A DNA stretch of 60,850 nucleotides from Candidatus Sumerlaeota bacterium (GCA_016931035.1 JAFGFN010000089.1:1-60850); one strand, 5' to 3'; shown: positions 1-13,412, numbered from the stretch's first letter. Program-made: numbers and translations. Notes: generated by a model from the letters alone, not told the origin.

Positions 1-308
1 CCTTCGGCGCTCAGATCGAAACCTGCAAGAGCCTCGGAAGGCGACAACTCCTCGCGAAACAGGCATTTGCATCGTGCAAACCGCCGAACGCGAGTGACAT
101 GAAGTCGGCGGAGACGTCCCTCTTCGGAGGCAAGTGTCTTTCTCCTGAAATGCCGGGTTGCACCCTCGGCCCTCTCGTTTCCAAGAAAAGCCTTGAAGGA
201 CGGGGAAACCGGCTCGATAATCGTGCCCACCGGAACGCCCGCGCCCGGGACTCCGCAGCGTTCGCCGCGAACGCACGGAGACGTCGCCGGAGCGAAGAGA
301 CGATCGCC

Positions 309-1733
309 ATGCCCTCGCACCTGGAACGCACCAAGGATTTCTTCGACCGGCTCGCGCCCAAGCGCCGCTACTGGAAGCGACGCTCTCGCGCCTATCATCG
401 CAGCCTGGAGAGCTTCATCCGTTTTCTCATCCCTCCGGGCAGGAGGGTCCTGGAGATCGGTTGCGCGACGGGAGAACTCCTGGCGGCCGCGAAACCCTCG
501 CGCGGCGTCGGGTTGGACATCAGCTCGAAGATGCTGGAACTGGCTTCGGACAAGTATCCCGAATACGAGTTCGTCGAGGGCGACGCGCACGACCTGCCGC
601 TCGAAGAAAAGTTCGACTATGTGATCCTCTCCGACACCGTGGGAAACCTGTGGGACGTCCAGCGATGCTTCGAGCAACTGCACAAGGTCACGACGCCCCG
701 CTCGCGCGTGGTCATCACGCACTACAACAAGCTCTGGTACCCGATCGTCTCGATGGGCGAAAAGCTGCGGATGAAGTCGCCTTCCAGCTCCCAGAACTGG
801 CTCGCCATCGGCGACCTAGACAATCTCCTTCGCCTCGCCGACTTCGAGTGCATCCGGAAGGGAATGCGGTTCCTCTTTCCCTTCTCCGTGCCCGTGCTCA
901 CCTCGTTCGTCAATCGGTTCGTCGCCAATCTGCCCTTGATCAACCGCATGTGTCTGGTGCAATACGTCGTGGCCCGGCCGACGCCGCCTCGAATCGCCCG
1001 CGAGACCGAAGACTCCTACAGCGTCTCCATCGTCGTCCCCACTCTCAACGAGGCGGGCAACGTCGAGGGGGCCGTCACGCGCGTCCCGCCGATGGGGCGT
1101 CACGTCGAGACGATCTATGTCGATGGCCGTTCAACCGATGGGACCGTCGAGACGATCCGGGAGACGATCGCCCGCTATCCCGAGCGCGACATCAAATTCG
1201 CCACCCAGAAGGGGAAGGGAAAAGCCGACGCGGTGTTCCAGGGGTTCGAAATGGCGAGCGGCGACATCCTGATGATTCTCGACTCCGACCTGACGATGCC
1301 GCCCGAAGACCTGCCGAAATTCTACAACGCCCTAGCCGGCGGCGCCGGCGAGTTCGTCAACGGGTGCCGACTCGTGTATCCGATGGAGAAAGAGGCGATG
1401 CGGACCTTGAACTACATCGCCAACCACTTCTTCTCCCTGGCCTTCACCTGGCTCCTCGGACAACGGATCAAGGACACGCTCTGCGGCACCAAGGTTCTGT
1501 TCAAGTCCGACTACGAGGAGATCAAGCGCAACAGGAGCTTCTTCGGCGATTTCGACCCGTTCGGGGATTTCGATCTCCTCTTCGGGGCCGCGAAACTCAA
1601 CCTGCGGATCGTCGATCTGCCCATTCGCTACCGCGAACGCGTCTACGGCGACATCAAAATCCATCGTTTCCGCCACGGCCTGTTGTTGCTTCGGATGTGC
1701 GCCTTCGCTGCCCGCAAGATCAAGTTCATCTGA
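309..1733 (+). CDS. SAM-dependent methyltransferase / GT2 (polyprenol-phosphate glycosyltransferase-like) fusion
   Basis: N-terminal VLEIGCATG SAM motif; C-terminal GT2 motifs SIVVPTLNE, YVDGRSTDGT, ILDSDL, DTLCGTK. Start placed at MPSHLE (309) rather than the ORF start at 99, which lies in a repeat. Confidence 0.85.
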   Translation: MPSHLERTKDFFDRLAPKRRYWKRRSRAYHRSLESFIRFLIPPGRRVLEIGCATGELLAAAKPSRGVGLDISSKMLELASDKYPEYEFVEGDAHDLPLEEKFDYVILSDTVGNLWDVQRCFEQLHKVTTPRSRVVITHYNKLWYPIVSMGEKLRMKSPSSSQNWLAIGDLDNLLRLADFECIRKGMRFLFPFSVPVLTSFVNRFVANLPLINRMCLVQYVVARPTPPRIARETEDSYSVSIVVPTLNEAGNVEGAVTRVPPMGRHVETIYVDGRSTDGTVETIRETIARYPERDIKFATQKGKGKADAVFQGFEMASGDILMILDSDLTMPPEDLPKFYNALAGGAGEFVNGCRLVYPMEKEAMRTLNYIANHFFSLAFTWLLGQRIKDTLCGTKVLFKSDYEEIKRNRSFFGDFDPFGDFDLLFGAAKLNLRIVDLPIRYRERVYGDIKIHRFRHGLLLLRMCAFAARKIKFI

Positions 1734-1769
1734 TATCCGTCCCGGCGATTCGGCCCCTGCGCGCGGCGT

Positions 1770-3581
1770 TCACTCGCCCGTTTCGGCGAGCAGCCGTCGA
1801 ATTCGGTCGAGGTTCGCTTGCGCCTCGGGATTGTCCGGATTGAGGCGCAGCGCTTCGGCGATCTGGGCCTCGGCTTCGCGCAAACGGCCCAGGCGGACAA
1901 GGACGACGCCGAGGTTGTTGCGAGCCGAGTCGGATTTCGGGTCGATTCGAAGAGATTCCTCGAAGCGTCTCACCCCTTCCTCCAATCCTCCCATCTCGGC
2001 GAGGGCGATCCCGAGATCGACGAGGATTTGTGCATGAGCCTGTCCGGTCACGCGCCGCAGGCGCAGCGCCGCTTCGAATTGCTCGGCCGCCGCGGGCGTG
2101 CGCCCCATGCGCTGGAGCGCGACCCCCCAACCGTGTCGAGCCGGGTAGTACTCGGGATCGAGACGCAACGCCTCCCGAAACGCCTCGATCGCCTCCTGAA
2201 AACAGTGTGCCCTGATGAGAGCGCCACCGAGATTCGAGTGCGCGCGGGCGTTGTCCGGCCGCTTCGCCAGCGTATCGCACCAGATGGCGATCTCGGTTCG
2301 GTAATCGTCGTTGCGCCGGATCGTGAGCGCCCCGAGAATCGTCGCCACGATCAGGACGACGATCCAACTGCGCCGTCCCAACAGAACCTGGGCGTAGAGC
2401 ACCACGGAAACGACCACCGACGCCACCGGCAAGTACATGCGGTGTTCGGCGATGGTCTGTGTCGCAAGAGGCACCACGCTCGAACTGGGCGCCAGAATAA
2501 CGAAGAACCAAGCCCCGACGAATCCCCAAGCGGGTCGACGAACCAGCGCGACGAGGGTCGCCGCGATCAGCGCGACAAGAGCCGCCATGTCCGGCGCCAC
2601 GACCGCGGGATTCTTCACGAGGTCGTTCCCATAGTCGACGATGAGCGGATGTGGCCAGAAACACAGCCGTAAGTAGAGAACGATCGCCTTGCACTGGGTC
2701 AGGGCGTATTGCCACCAGGCGACGCCGGTCCCAAAACCGGCCGCCCTGTTGCGTGTGCCGCCCATCCCGACAACCAGACAGGCCAGCGGAATCCACGTCG
2801 CGGCAAGGCACAGGTAGAAGCGCCGCCGCCGAGCCCACGCTTCGCGGAAACTCCCCGCCACGAACGTCCGATCGTACAGCAGGACGATGAGCGGGGCCGA
2901 AACCATCAGCTCCTTGCTCGCCATGCCGAGAAGGCACGCGAGAACCGCCAGGGTCTGCCAAAGGCCCCGCCTGGGCGATTCGGCCGAACGTACGAAGCAA
3001 TACAGCGTGAGGAGGTAGAACAGCCCCACCATCGATTCCGCCCGCTGTATCACGCAGGTTACCGATTCGGTCTGAAGGGGATGCACGACCCACAACAACG
3101 CGGCCAGGAAAGCCAAACGCGTCGCGGCGTTGCTGAATCGCGCGGGCGTCCCCGGCCGCAACAGCGTTCGTCGCACTAGGCCGAATAGAGCCAAGCCGGC
3201 GCAGACGTGGACGGCCAGGTTGAAGACGTGATACCCCCACACCCTCATGCCGCCCAAGGCGAAGTTCGCCGCCAGGGAGACGTTGACCAGTGGACGGCCG
3301 ATCGTTGCGGAGAGACGCGGCGGCGAGAGAACTTCCGTCGTCCATAGATCCCGAATGCTGGGATTGTCCACGATGGACCACCTGTCGTCGAAGACAAACG
3401 GAACCGAGAGACTGTTGTGGTAGGCCGCAATCGCCGCGAGAACGATAACCGCGCCCGCGCCGAGCGCGGCATATCGCTCGAACCGGACCCGCGGCGGCGG
3501 GCAGCGGACCTCGGCGCGTTCCTCGTCCCGCCGTGGGGAGTCTTCCACCGGGCGCTCGTCCTGTTCCCTCGTCGGCTCCAC
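1770..3581 (-). CDS. TMTC-like GT-C membrane glycosyltransferase with C-terminal TPR repeats
   Basis: PFVFDD luminal motif after TM1, GRPLVNVS, VHPLQTESV, SKE and AEHRMYLP motifs, multiple TM helices, TPRs (AHSNLGGAL, ARNNLGVVL). Start uncertain (GTG at 3581; ORF is open to 3767). Confidence 0.8.
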   Translation of the reverse strand: MEPTREQDERPVEDSPRRDEERAEVRCPPPRVRFERYAALGAGAVIVLAAIAAYHNSLSVPFVFDDRWSIVDNPSIRDLWTTEVLSPPRLSATIGRPLVNVSLAANFALGGMRVWGYHVFNLAVHVCAGLALFGLVRRTLLRPGTPARFSNAATRLAFLAALLWVVHPLQTESVTCVIQRAESMVGLFYLLTLYCFVRSAESPRRGLWQTLAVLACLLGMASKELMVSAPLIVLLYDRTFVAGSFREAWARRRRFYLCLAATWIPLACLVVGMGGTRNRAAGFGTGVAWWQYALTQCKAIVLYLRLCFWPHPLIVDYGNDLVKNPAVVAPDMAALVALIAATLVALVRRPAWGFVGAWFFVILAPSSSVVPLATQTIAEHRMYLPVASVVVSVVLYAQVLLGRRSWIVVLIVATILGALTIRRNDDYRTEIAIWCDTLAKRPDNARAHSNLGGALIRAHCFQEAIEAFREALRLDPEYYPARHGWGVALQRMGRTPAAAEQFEAALRLRRVTGQAHAQILVDLGIALAEMGGLEEGVRRFEESLRIDPKSDSARNNLGVVLVRLGRLREAEAQIAEALRLNPDNPEAQANLDRIRRLLAETGE

Positions 3582-3852
3582 GATCAAACCTCGTCCCGTC
3601 CCTTCTCGGCCACGCCGACTATACCTTAACGGTCCTTGAGGCCTTTGTCCAAGAGAGAAGTCCGCTCTTGAGACGCGAACAAGTCCGCCTGCCTCCAGGG
3701 GTGCATGACATGAATGGGGGTCGTTCAAGCGGCGCGCGCCCAGGCGTACGCCGAAGAGGATTGTCAACGCCGAGTTGCATTTGGTATTCTTTCGCGAATT
3801 CTCCGACGCCCGGAGCCGACGAGCATTTCCGGGAATCGTCCGTATCGACTCT

Positions 3853-5847
3853 ATGTCAGACCGTCAAGCCACCTCTCGCACGCGAGGAGTCGTCGCCTTT
3901 CTCATCGGACTGGTCGGCGCGCTCGCGATTTGGATCGCCGTCCCGTACGTCAACTACGTCATCGGCCTGAGGTACATGGCCGACAGCTATCTGCCCGCCG
4001 GCGCGATGCTTCTGATTCTTCTTCTCGTTCTCGTCGTCAATCCTCTTCTCCACCGCGTGAATCCCCGATGGCGACTCGACTTCCGGCAAACGGCGCTGAT
4101 CGCCGGATTCTGGCTTTGCGCCAGCGTCGTCCCAGGCACGGGCCTCCTCCAGTTCCTCCCCTACGGCATCGCCGACGTTCCGCGACGGGTCGCCATGGAT
4201 CGCGAACTGGCCGCGATCTTCAAGGAGATGAATCTCCCCCCCTCTCTGTTTCCCGACGAAGTGCGTTTCAACGCCCCGCTCAATTCGGTCCAACCCTTCG
4301 TCACCGGCCTGTTGCCCGGCCAACCTCTCCCGTGGGGAGCGTGGACGGGGCCGCTCGCCGCTTGGGGCACGTGGATGCTCTTCTTGTGGAGCATGATGGC
4401 GGGACTCGCCATGATCCTGATGCCCCAATGGGCGCGCAACGAACGTTTGGCCTTCCCGCTTCTCACCCTGCAGCGCTCGTTGATCGAGTCGCCCGAGCCG
4501 GGCCGCGCGATTCCCCCGATTTTCCGAAAAAGCGCATTCTGGTACGCGGCGGGCGCGGTCTTTGTCGTCCATGTCCTGCGGGGAATGGAATCATACTTCC
4601 CCGAGAGAGTGCCGACGATCCCCCTGGGCTGGTCGGTCCAGCGCATGTTCACCGAAGGGTTCTTCAAGAACCTCCACGCGGGGATTTACGGAGGCTACAT
4701 CTATTTCATTCTCGTCGGCATGGCCTTCTTCATGCCCAGCCGCATTAGTTTCTCCATCTGGTTCTTCACGATCGCCTATGCGCTGGTCATCGCCGTCGGC
4801 AAGACCTACTTCCCACCCTTCCCGAACGCCCCGATTTACGACCAACGGCTCGGCGCCATGATCGCCGTCTCCCTCGGCGTCCTCTGGTTGGGACGCGCGC
4901 ATTGGCTCCGCGTTCTGCGCTGCACGATCGGCCTCGGCATCGACTCGGACGAAAGCCGCCGCGATCGCGTGGCGGGCTGGACTCTGTTGTTTGGGTGCGT
5001 GGGGATGTTTGCCTGGTTGATCTGGGTCGGAGTGCAACCCGGCTGGGCCGTCGTCTACGTCCTGTTCGGCGTGATGATCTCGATGTTGATGGCGCGCATC
5101 GTCGCCGAAACCGGATTGCCGATCATTCGTTTCGACCTTCGCTACCACATCATGTTCGCCAAGCTGGCCCCGGTCTCCTGGCTAGCCGCGCCGACGCTCT
5201 TCTTCTCCGGCATCGTCGCCATGTTCTATTCGTCCAACATCATGCTCACCACCATCGGCATGCACGCCTCGGGATTGGACAAAGAGATGTCGCCGCGCCG
5301 CCACACGCGCTTTTTCGCGACGATCCTCGTCCTGCTGATGGTCGGAATCGTCGTCAGCGGCGCGTCCCATCTCCTCTGCGCTTACCATCACAGCGAAACC
5401 CTCGACGGCAGTTCCCAACCCATCAACCCGCGAGGACAAGGTCGCCAGCTCAACGTCGCCTTTGCCGACGTCAAGGCCTTCCGAAACGGCGAGGTCGACC
5501 GTCCGCTCCACAACCAGTGGAAACACCTGGTTTTGGGAGCGGGAATCGCGGGCTTTCTGCAATGGGCGTGCATCTCGATGCCGCGCTGGCCGCTGCATCC
5601 CATCGGACTCATCCTGGTCAAGAGCGCCTACGCCGACGGGGCCTGGCCCAGTCTCTTTCTCGGGTGGCTGCTCAAACTCCTGATTCTCAAGTACGGCGGA
5701 TCGCGCCTTTTCCGCGCCGCGATCCCGTTCATGCTCGGATTGATGGCGGGCGAGCTCTTTGCCGTTCTCTTCTGGATGGTGGTTCCCACCGTTCTCGCCG
5801 TCCTCGGAGAGCCCTACATCATTATCAACGTCCTCCCGCCTCCGTGA
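3853..5847 (+). CDS. Polytopic membrane protein of DUF6785/DUF6784 type (putative transporter)
   Basis: Many hydrophobic helices; QWARNERLAFPL, RIVAETG and RWPLHPIG motifs that I recognise from this family. Confidence 0.65.
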   Translation: MSDRQATSRTRGVVAFLIGLVGALAIWIAVPYVNYVIGLRYMADSYLPAGAMLLILLLVLVVNPLLHRVNPRWRLDFRQTALIAGFWLCASVVPGTGLLQFLPYGIADVPRRVAMDRELAAIFKEMNLPPSLFPDEVRFNAPLNSVQPFVTGLLPGQPLPWGAWTGPLAAWGTWMLFLWSMMAGLAMILMPQWARNERLAFPLLTLQRSLIESPEPGRAIPPIFRKSAFWYAAGAVFVVHVLRGMESYFPERVPTIPLGWSVQRMFTEGFFKNLHAGIYGGYIYFILVGMAFFMPSRISFSIWFFTIAYALVIAVGKTYFPPFPNAPIYDQRLGAMIAVSLGVLWLGRAHWLRVLRCTIGLGIDSDESRRDRVAGWTLLFGCVGMFAWLIWVGVQPGWAVVYVLFGVMISMLMARIVAETGLPIIRFDLRYHIMFAKLAPVSWLAAPTLFFSGIVAMFYSSNIMLTTIGMHASGLDKEMSPRRHTRFFATILVLLMVGIVVSGASHLLCAYHHSETLDGSSQPINPRGQGRQLNVAFADVKAFRNGEVDRPLHNQWKHLVLGAGIAGFLQWACISMPRWPLHPIGLILVKSAYADGAWPSLFLGWLLKLLILKYGGSRLFRAAIPFMLGLMAGELFAVLFWMVVPTVLAVLGEPYIIINVLPPP

Positions 5848-6002
5848 GAAGACGAACGGACCGTTCGACCGATCGAGCGGCGCCTCTCTCTCATGGCGAT
5901 AAGAAGGCCCTCGATCCTTCACGCCCTCAAACGCCCTCGGAGATCCGTTGGACCGGACGGGAACTTCGGCCCGGCGCCTAGAAGAATCGCAACGCGTGAG
6001 AC

Positions 6003-6689
6003 TCATCGCTCTTCGGGAGATTCCGAGGATTCGGTGGGTTTCGTAATACCCGCCAACCTCCGGATTCGCTCGACGTCCAGTTTCTCGATGAACTCGATCG
6101 GGTTCGACCGCACGGAATGGAATTTGTAGTCGCCTCGGGTCATTTCGCGGATGGCCTCGCCCTTCGTCCAACCCTGTACCGCGACCCGGTAGATCGCGCA
6201 CATCGTACCCGTGCGGTCGGCCCCGTGTTGACAGTGGACGAATACGGGATGGCGCGCGGGATCGGTCGCCGTCTTGAGGAATCGAACGATGTCTTCATCC
6301 TCGGGATGCCAGCTCCTGACACGGATATGAACGTACTCGAACGCGACATCGCCCATCTCGTCGCGGTCGGAATGAAACGCGCGAAGATTGACGACGGTCT
6401 TGATTCCCAGTTTCTTGAGTTCGCGAAACCCCTCGGCGGTCGGCTACGCGCCGCGATAGAGGTTGTCGGTGACTTTGAAGAAGTTCGGCACCCCCCCGAG
6501 CTCAAGCGGCTGCGCCCACTCGGCCGGGCGCGGCTGAGCCGGACCAAGGGTGGGCGACGTCGTCTCGGCGCTGGCCGCCTGAACAGGAGCCGCAGGGGTG
6601 GAAGAAGGCGGCGGGTCCGCCTCGCCGACGCAAAGGGTCACTTGGCACAACAAGAGAAAACAGAACAGGTAGAGCGCAGGTCGTTTCAT
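6003..6689 (-). pseudogene. Secreted dual-specificity/tyrosine phosphatase interrupted by an in-frame TAG (6444-6446); pseudogene, readthrough or sequence error
   Basis: Signal peptide MKRPALYLFCFLLLC, then NFFKVTDNLYRGA-TAG-PTAEGFRELKKLGIKTVVNLR, in frame with the intact CX5R loop HCQHGADRTG. ORFs 6444..6809 and 6003..6356 share a frame. Confidence 0.8.
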
Positions 6690-6928
6690 TTCTCGGACGC
6701 CCCCTCCATCGAATTCTCGCTCCGGGCTTCGTCTCGCCCGTTTGTTGAGCGAACATACTCGCCGGCGACACGACATCGATGGATCACACCTCGCGCACAT
6801 GTCCGACACGGGCGATATCGAAGCACTGGCGCTCGTGTCCGAGGTTCAGTACCTTACGGCGCGAACGGAGATCGGGAGGTCGAAAGCCGCGCCCGCCGGA
6901 ATAGCCGCCTGCTCTAAATGAATGTCAA

Positions 6929-7342
6929 CTACCCCAATTCCATCATCTGCGTCGTGAAGGCCGCAAGGTCGTCCAGGCGGTTCTCGACAACGTCCCTCAT
7001 GATGCGAATATCCATCTTTTGATACTCGTGCACCAGGACGTTTCGGAATCCGACCATCCCTTGAAGAAGCTGCGACAGATCGGGCGAGATCAGTCCGCTC
7101 TTCTCCAGGATCTCGAAGCTATCCTTGCTCTCTTTTGGAATGCCGAGCTTCCGCCTTTTGATGATGCGGTTCGCCATGTCGATACACAGCTCGGCTGCGC
7201 GCTGGAGATTGGCCGCAATGGCGTCTTGCTTGAGATAATCCTGCTCGAACGGTTCAACCGACGGGCGGGCATAGTAGTCGCGGATTTGCGCGATGCAGCG
7301 CTCGATGCTCTCCTTCTTGTTGAGAACGATATCGTCGGTCAT
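6929..7342 (-). CDS. hepT: HEPN (DUF86) RNase toxin, type VII toxin-antitoxin system
   Basis: RNVLVHEY matches RX4HXY; 137 aa; ATGA overlap with the upstream MNT gene. Confidence 0.9.
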   Translation of the reverse strand: MTDDIVLNKKESIERCIAQIRDYYARPSVEPFEQDYLKQDAIAANLQRAAELCIDMANRIIKRRKLGIPKESKDSFEILEKSGLISPDLSQLLQGMVGFRNVLVHEYQKMDIRIMRDVVENRLDDLAAFTTQMMELG

Positions 7343-7749
7343 ATGTCGAGGACTTTCCCGGTGACCAGAACGTCCCGGAGGATTTCGGCGCGCTCCTCGT
7401 TCACCTTCTGATAGAGCGACATGGTGATCGTCTCGAAAAGGCCGGTTTCATAGTCGTCGCCAACGTGAATCGCCGCGCCGGTCTGGACGATCTCGTGCTT
7501 GAACACGGTATCGACGCTCCGCAGGTTAACCAGATCCACGCTGCGCCCGAGTCGTCTTTCCAGTGCGCGGCAACAGTCGGAGAAACCCAGGCGCGTCTCC
7601 CGTTTCGCCGACTCGACCGGAAGCAGAAGAGCGATGTCCGCGTCGCTGTCCCCCCGATCGTACTCCGTGCCGTAGGAGCCGAACACGTAGACGGCTTGGA
7701 CGTCCGGGTAGAAGGAGCGAACGGTCTCGACGATTTCCTTGTCTCTCAC
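7339..7749 (-). CDS. mntA: Minimal nucleotidyltransferase antitoxin (MntA adenylyltransferase)
   Basis: FGSYGTEYDRGDSDADIA matches GS-X10-DXD; VDLVNL; coupled to the HEPN gene. GTG start chosen. Confidence 0.88.
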   Translation of the reverse strand: MRDKEIVETVRSFYPDVQAVYVFGSYGTEYDRGDSDADIALLLPVESAKRETRLGFSDCCRALERRLGRSVDLVNLRSVDTVFKHEIVQTGAAIHVGDDYETGLFETITMSLYQKVNEERAEILRDVLVTGKVLDI

Positions 7750-7934
7750 GTTCTTCCCCGTTTGCCGAGTCTGATCCGGCGAACGCATCGTCAGGCACGC
7801 GCACAAACTCGGCCCGTTCGCCTCCGTTGCATGGTCCGCTCGGCAATTTCGTTTGTCAAGCCCGAAGGATTCGAGGCGCCCGGTTCCACGCGGCGCCGGA
7901 CAGGACCGAGACAACGACAAGTCTCCGGGTTCCG

Positions 7935-11374
<3,440 letters not shown>

Positions 11375-11390
11375 TCAACTGCGGCTGACG

Positions 11391-12287
11391 TCACGCGCCG
11401 TTCTTCTGAGGATGTACTTTGGCGTAGAGATCCGGATAGAGCTTCTTCGCGCACTCGGGGCAGAGGCCATGGCTGAACTCCGCTTCGGAACGCGTCTCGA
11501 TATACTCTTCCAACTGATTCCAATACCCTTTGTCGTCGCGGATCTTCTTGCACGAGGCGCAGATCGGCAGAAGACCCCCGAGCATCTTGACTTGGACCAA
11601 GGCTTCCTGGAGTTTCAGAATCAGCTTCTCGCGCTCCTCCTCGACTTTCTGTTTTGTAAACAGATAGCCCAAAGAGGAGCCGAAGAGCCGCAAAACCTCG
11701 CTCTGATGCGTTGTGATCGGCTCTCCGGTCACGCGGTTGTCCATGCTCACGTAGCCGATGGCCTTGTGGCCGTCCCAAATAGCCGCCAGAATCTGGTCGG
11801 CCTTTCCCACGACGCGCCCCTCGAAGTCGAGGACGGGGGCTTCGCCCATGAAGGTCAGCGGCTCGCGGCTCCGCAGCACCCGGTGCTCGGGACTGTCGGG
11901 AAACACGTAGGCGCGCCACGTGCGCTCGTCGCGCAGGCCGCCCGAGCCATCCACCCCCCACGTCCCCTTCAACATATCCTCGGAACCCGGCTCCAGAAAC
12001 CAGATGCCGATCCGGTCGAACCCGAGCCGCTCGCGGGCCAATTCGATGGCGCGGCGGCAGAGCTCGTCGGTCGATCCCGTCGCCGAGAGCTCGTTGGCCA
12101 CCTTGACGAGCTCGGAGAGATGCGCCGAGAAGCGACGCTCGGACTCCTCCGCCTTCTTCAGCGCCGCCTCGTACTCGTCGGCCTGTTGACGCGCTTTCTC
12201 CATCTCCGCCACGCGAAGTCGGAAATGCTCGAGCTCGTCGAGAAGGCTCTCGTGGGATTTTACGTCGTCGCTCACGGTGAATCGCAT
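11391..12287 (-). CDS. GAF-domain sensor with C-terminal Cys/His zinc-binding domain
   Basis: Coiled coil, GAF-like region (LGFDRIGIWF...IGYVSMDN), then LPICASCKKIRDDKGYW...SHGLCPEC. Confidence 0.75.
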   Translation of the reverse strand: MRFTVSDDVKSHESLLDELEHFRLRVAEMEKARQQADEYEAALKKAEESERRFSAHLSELVKVANELSATGSTDELCRRAIELARERLGFDRIGIWFLEPGSEDMLKGTWGVDGSGGLRDERTWRAYVFPDSPEHRVLRSREPLTFMGEAPVLDFEGRVVGKADQILAAIWDGHKAIGYVSMDNRVTGEPITTHQSEVLRLFGSSLGYLFTKQKVEEEREKLILKLQEALVQVKMLGGLLPICASCKKIRDDKGYWNQLEEYIETRSEAEFSHGLCPECAKKLYPDLYAKVHPQKNGA

Positions 12288-12392
12288 TCCGGGCCGGAGG
12301 GTGTAAGTACCCCGCGCGCAGGCGTCTGCACCCCGACGCGCTGGCCGCCTCACGGCTTCTATAGACCCTTATCGGCCACCGTCGTCCTTGGG

Positions 12393-12423
12393 GGAAGGGC
12401 CAGTGCGGGAAAAATGCTTTGAC
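12393..12423 (+). repeat. 31-bp direct repeat, copy 1
   Basis: ggaagggcc-N5-gggaaaaatgctttgac; second copy at 13358-13388. Confidence 0.8.
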
Positions 12424-12450
12424 CCAGCGGGGGAGCCTCGGAGAGAGCCG

Positions 12451-13125
12451 CTACTTGGTGAGCTCGGCGTAGATGTTGGTCTGCTTCTGACCCTCTCGGA
12501 ACTCCAGGTTGCGCAGTTCGTCGTGGATCGACTTCCCGTATTCTACGAACTCGATCTTCGAGAAACCGATGTGGCTCGCAACGATCGAAAGACTCTCCTC
12601 GCAGAAGAGGTGTTTGTGGACGTGCTGGACATAAGCGCCTTCCCGTCCGGCGCGAACGCTCTCGAAATCGTTCGACAAATAGTGCTTTCTCAAGATTCCG
12701 CGCAAACCGGGGAAAGACAGCCGCAAGACCCCTCCGGGCCGCAGAGTCCGATGGGCCTCGTAAAGAAACGCAATCGCTCCCGCCTGATCGAGGTGCTCGA
12801 GAAAGTCTTCCGAAAACGAAAACCGGAAGAAGTCCGAGGGGAACGGCTGTTCCCCCGAAAGGTCCACCCCGATGAGAACCTGAGGCGGGGGCATCTCGCC
12901 GCCGGAACGGTCGATGTTGACCCAGCCCTCGCCAAATCGGACGGGTCCGCAGCCATAGTGGGCCTTGTCGATGCCTCGCTCTCGAAACATCTCGCCATAT
13001 CGCTCGCGGAGCGCGACAAAGTCGGGCGGCTTCTCCGAGGGCGACTCCGGCGGGTGAATGCGTGAGATCCTGTATCCCAACAGGCGGGCCGCTTTCCGAA
13101 GCGTTTCCTTGACCGGGTTCTTCAA
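12451..13125 (-). CDS. SAM-dependent methyltransferase (glycan-associated type)
   Basis: HYGCGP, GWVNID, EDFLEHL, LRPGGVLRLSFP; TTG start 8 nt downstream of AGGAG. Confidence 0.8.
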   Translation of the reverse strand: MKNPVKETLRKAARLLGYRISRIHPPESPSEKPPDFVALRERYGEMFRERGIDKAHYGCGPVRFGEGWVNIDRSGGEMPPPQVLIGVDLSGEQPFPSDFFRFSFSEDFLEHLDQAGAIAFLYEAHRTLRPGGVLRLSFPGLRGILRKHYLSNDFESVRAGREGAYVQHVHKHLFCEESLSIVASHIGFSKIEFVEYGKSIHDELRNLEFREGQKQTNIYAELTK

Positions 13126-13357
13126 GAGAGCATCTCCTGACTGCCAAGACTGGGACACGACGCCGAAACGCCATTCCGGAATCGCCGCACAGCAGGAGCG
13201 AAACGTCGGGCCGCGCCCGCTACACACTGGCGAAGATCGCACGCGGCGCGCCCGGCGTCAAGAGCAGAAGAACCAGCGTTGTGTCGCGATCGCCGACAGG
13301 TCTCAAGAGCCTACACGACGTTGAGAACTCCAGGAGCGATGGGCGGGAGGAACGCGA

Positions 13358-13388
13358 GGAAGGGCCGACGAGGGAAAAATGCTTTGAC
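13358..13388 (+). repeat. 31-bp direct repeat, copy 2 (overlaps the putative gmd -35)
   Basis: ggaagggcc-N5-gggaaaaatgctttgac, 17-bp core identical to 12407-12423. Confidence 0.8.
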
Positions 13389-13412
13389 TAATACGGGAGG
13401 CTTGAATACGGT
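13384..13412 (+). promoter_or_regulatory. Putative sigma70 promoter of the polysaccharide operon
   Basis: TTGACT-17 bp-TACGGT upstream of gmd. Confidence 0.4.
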
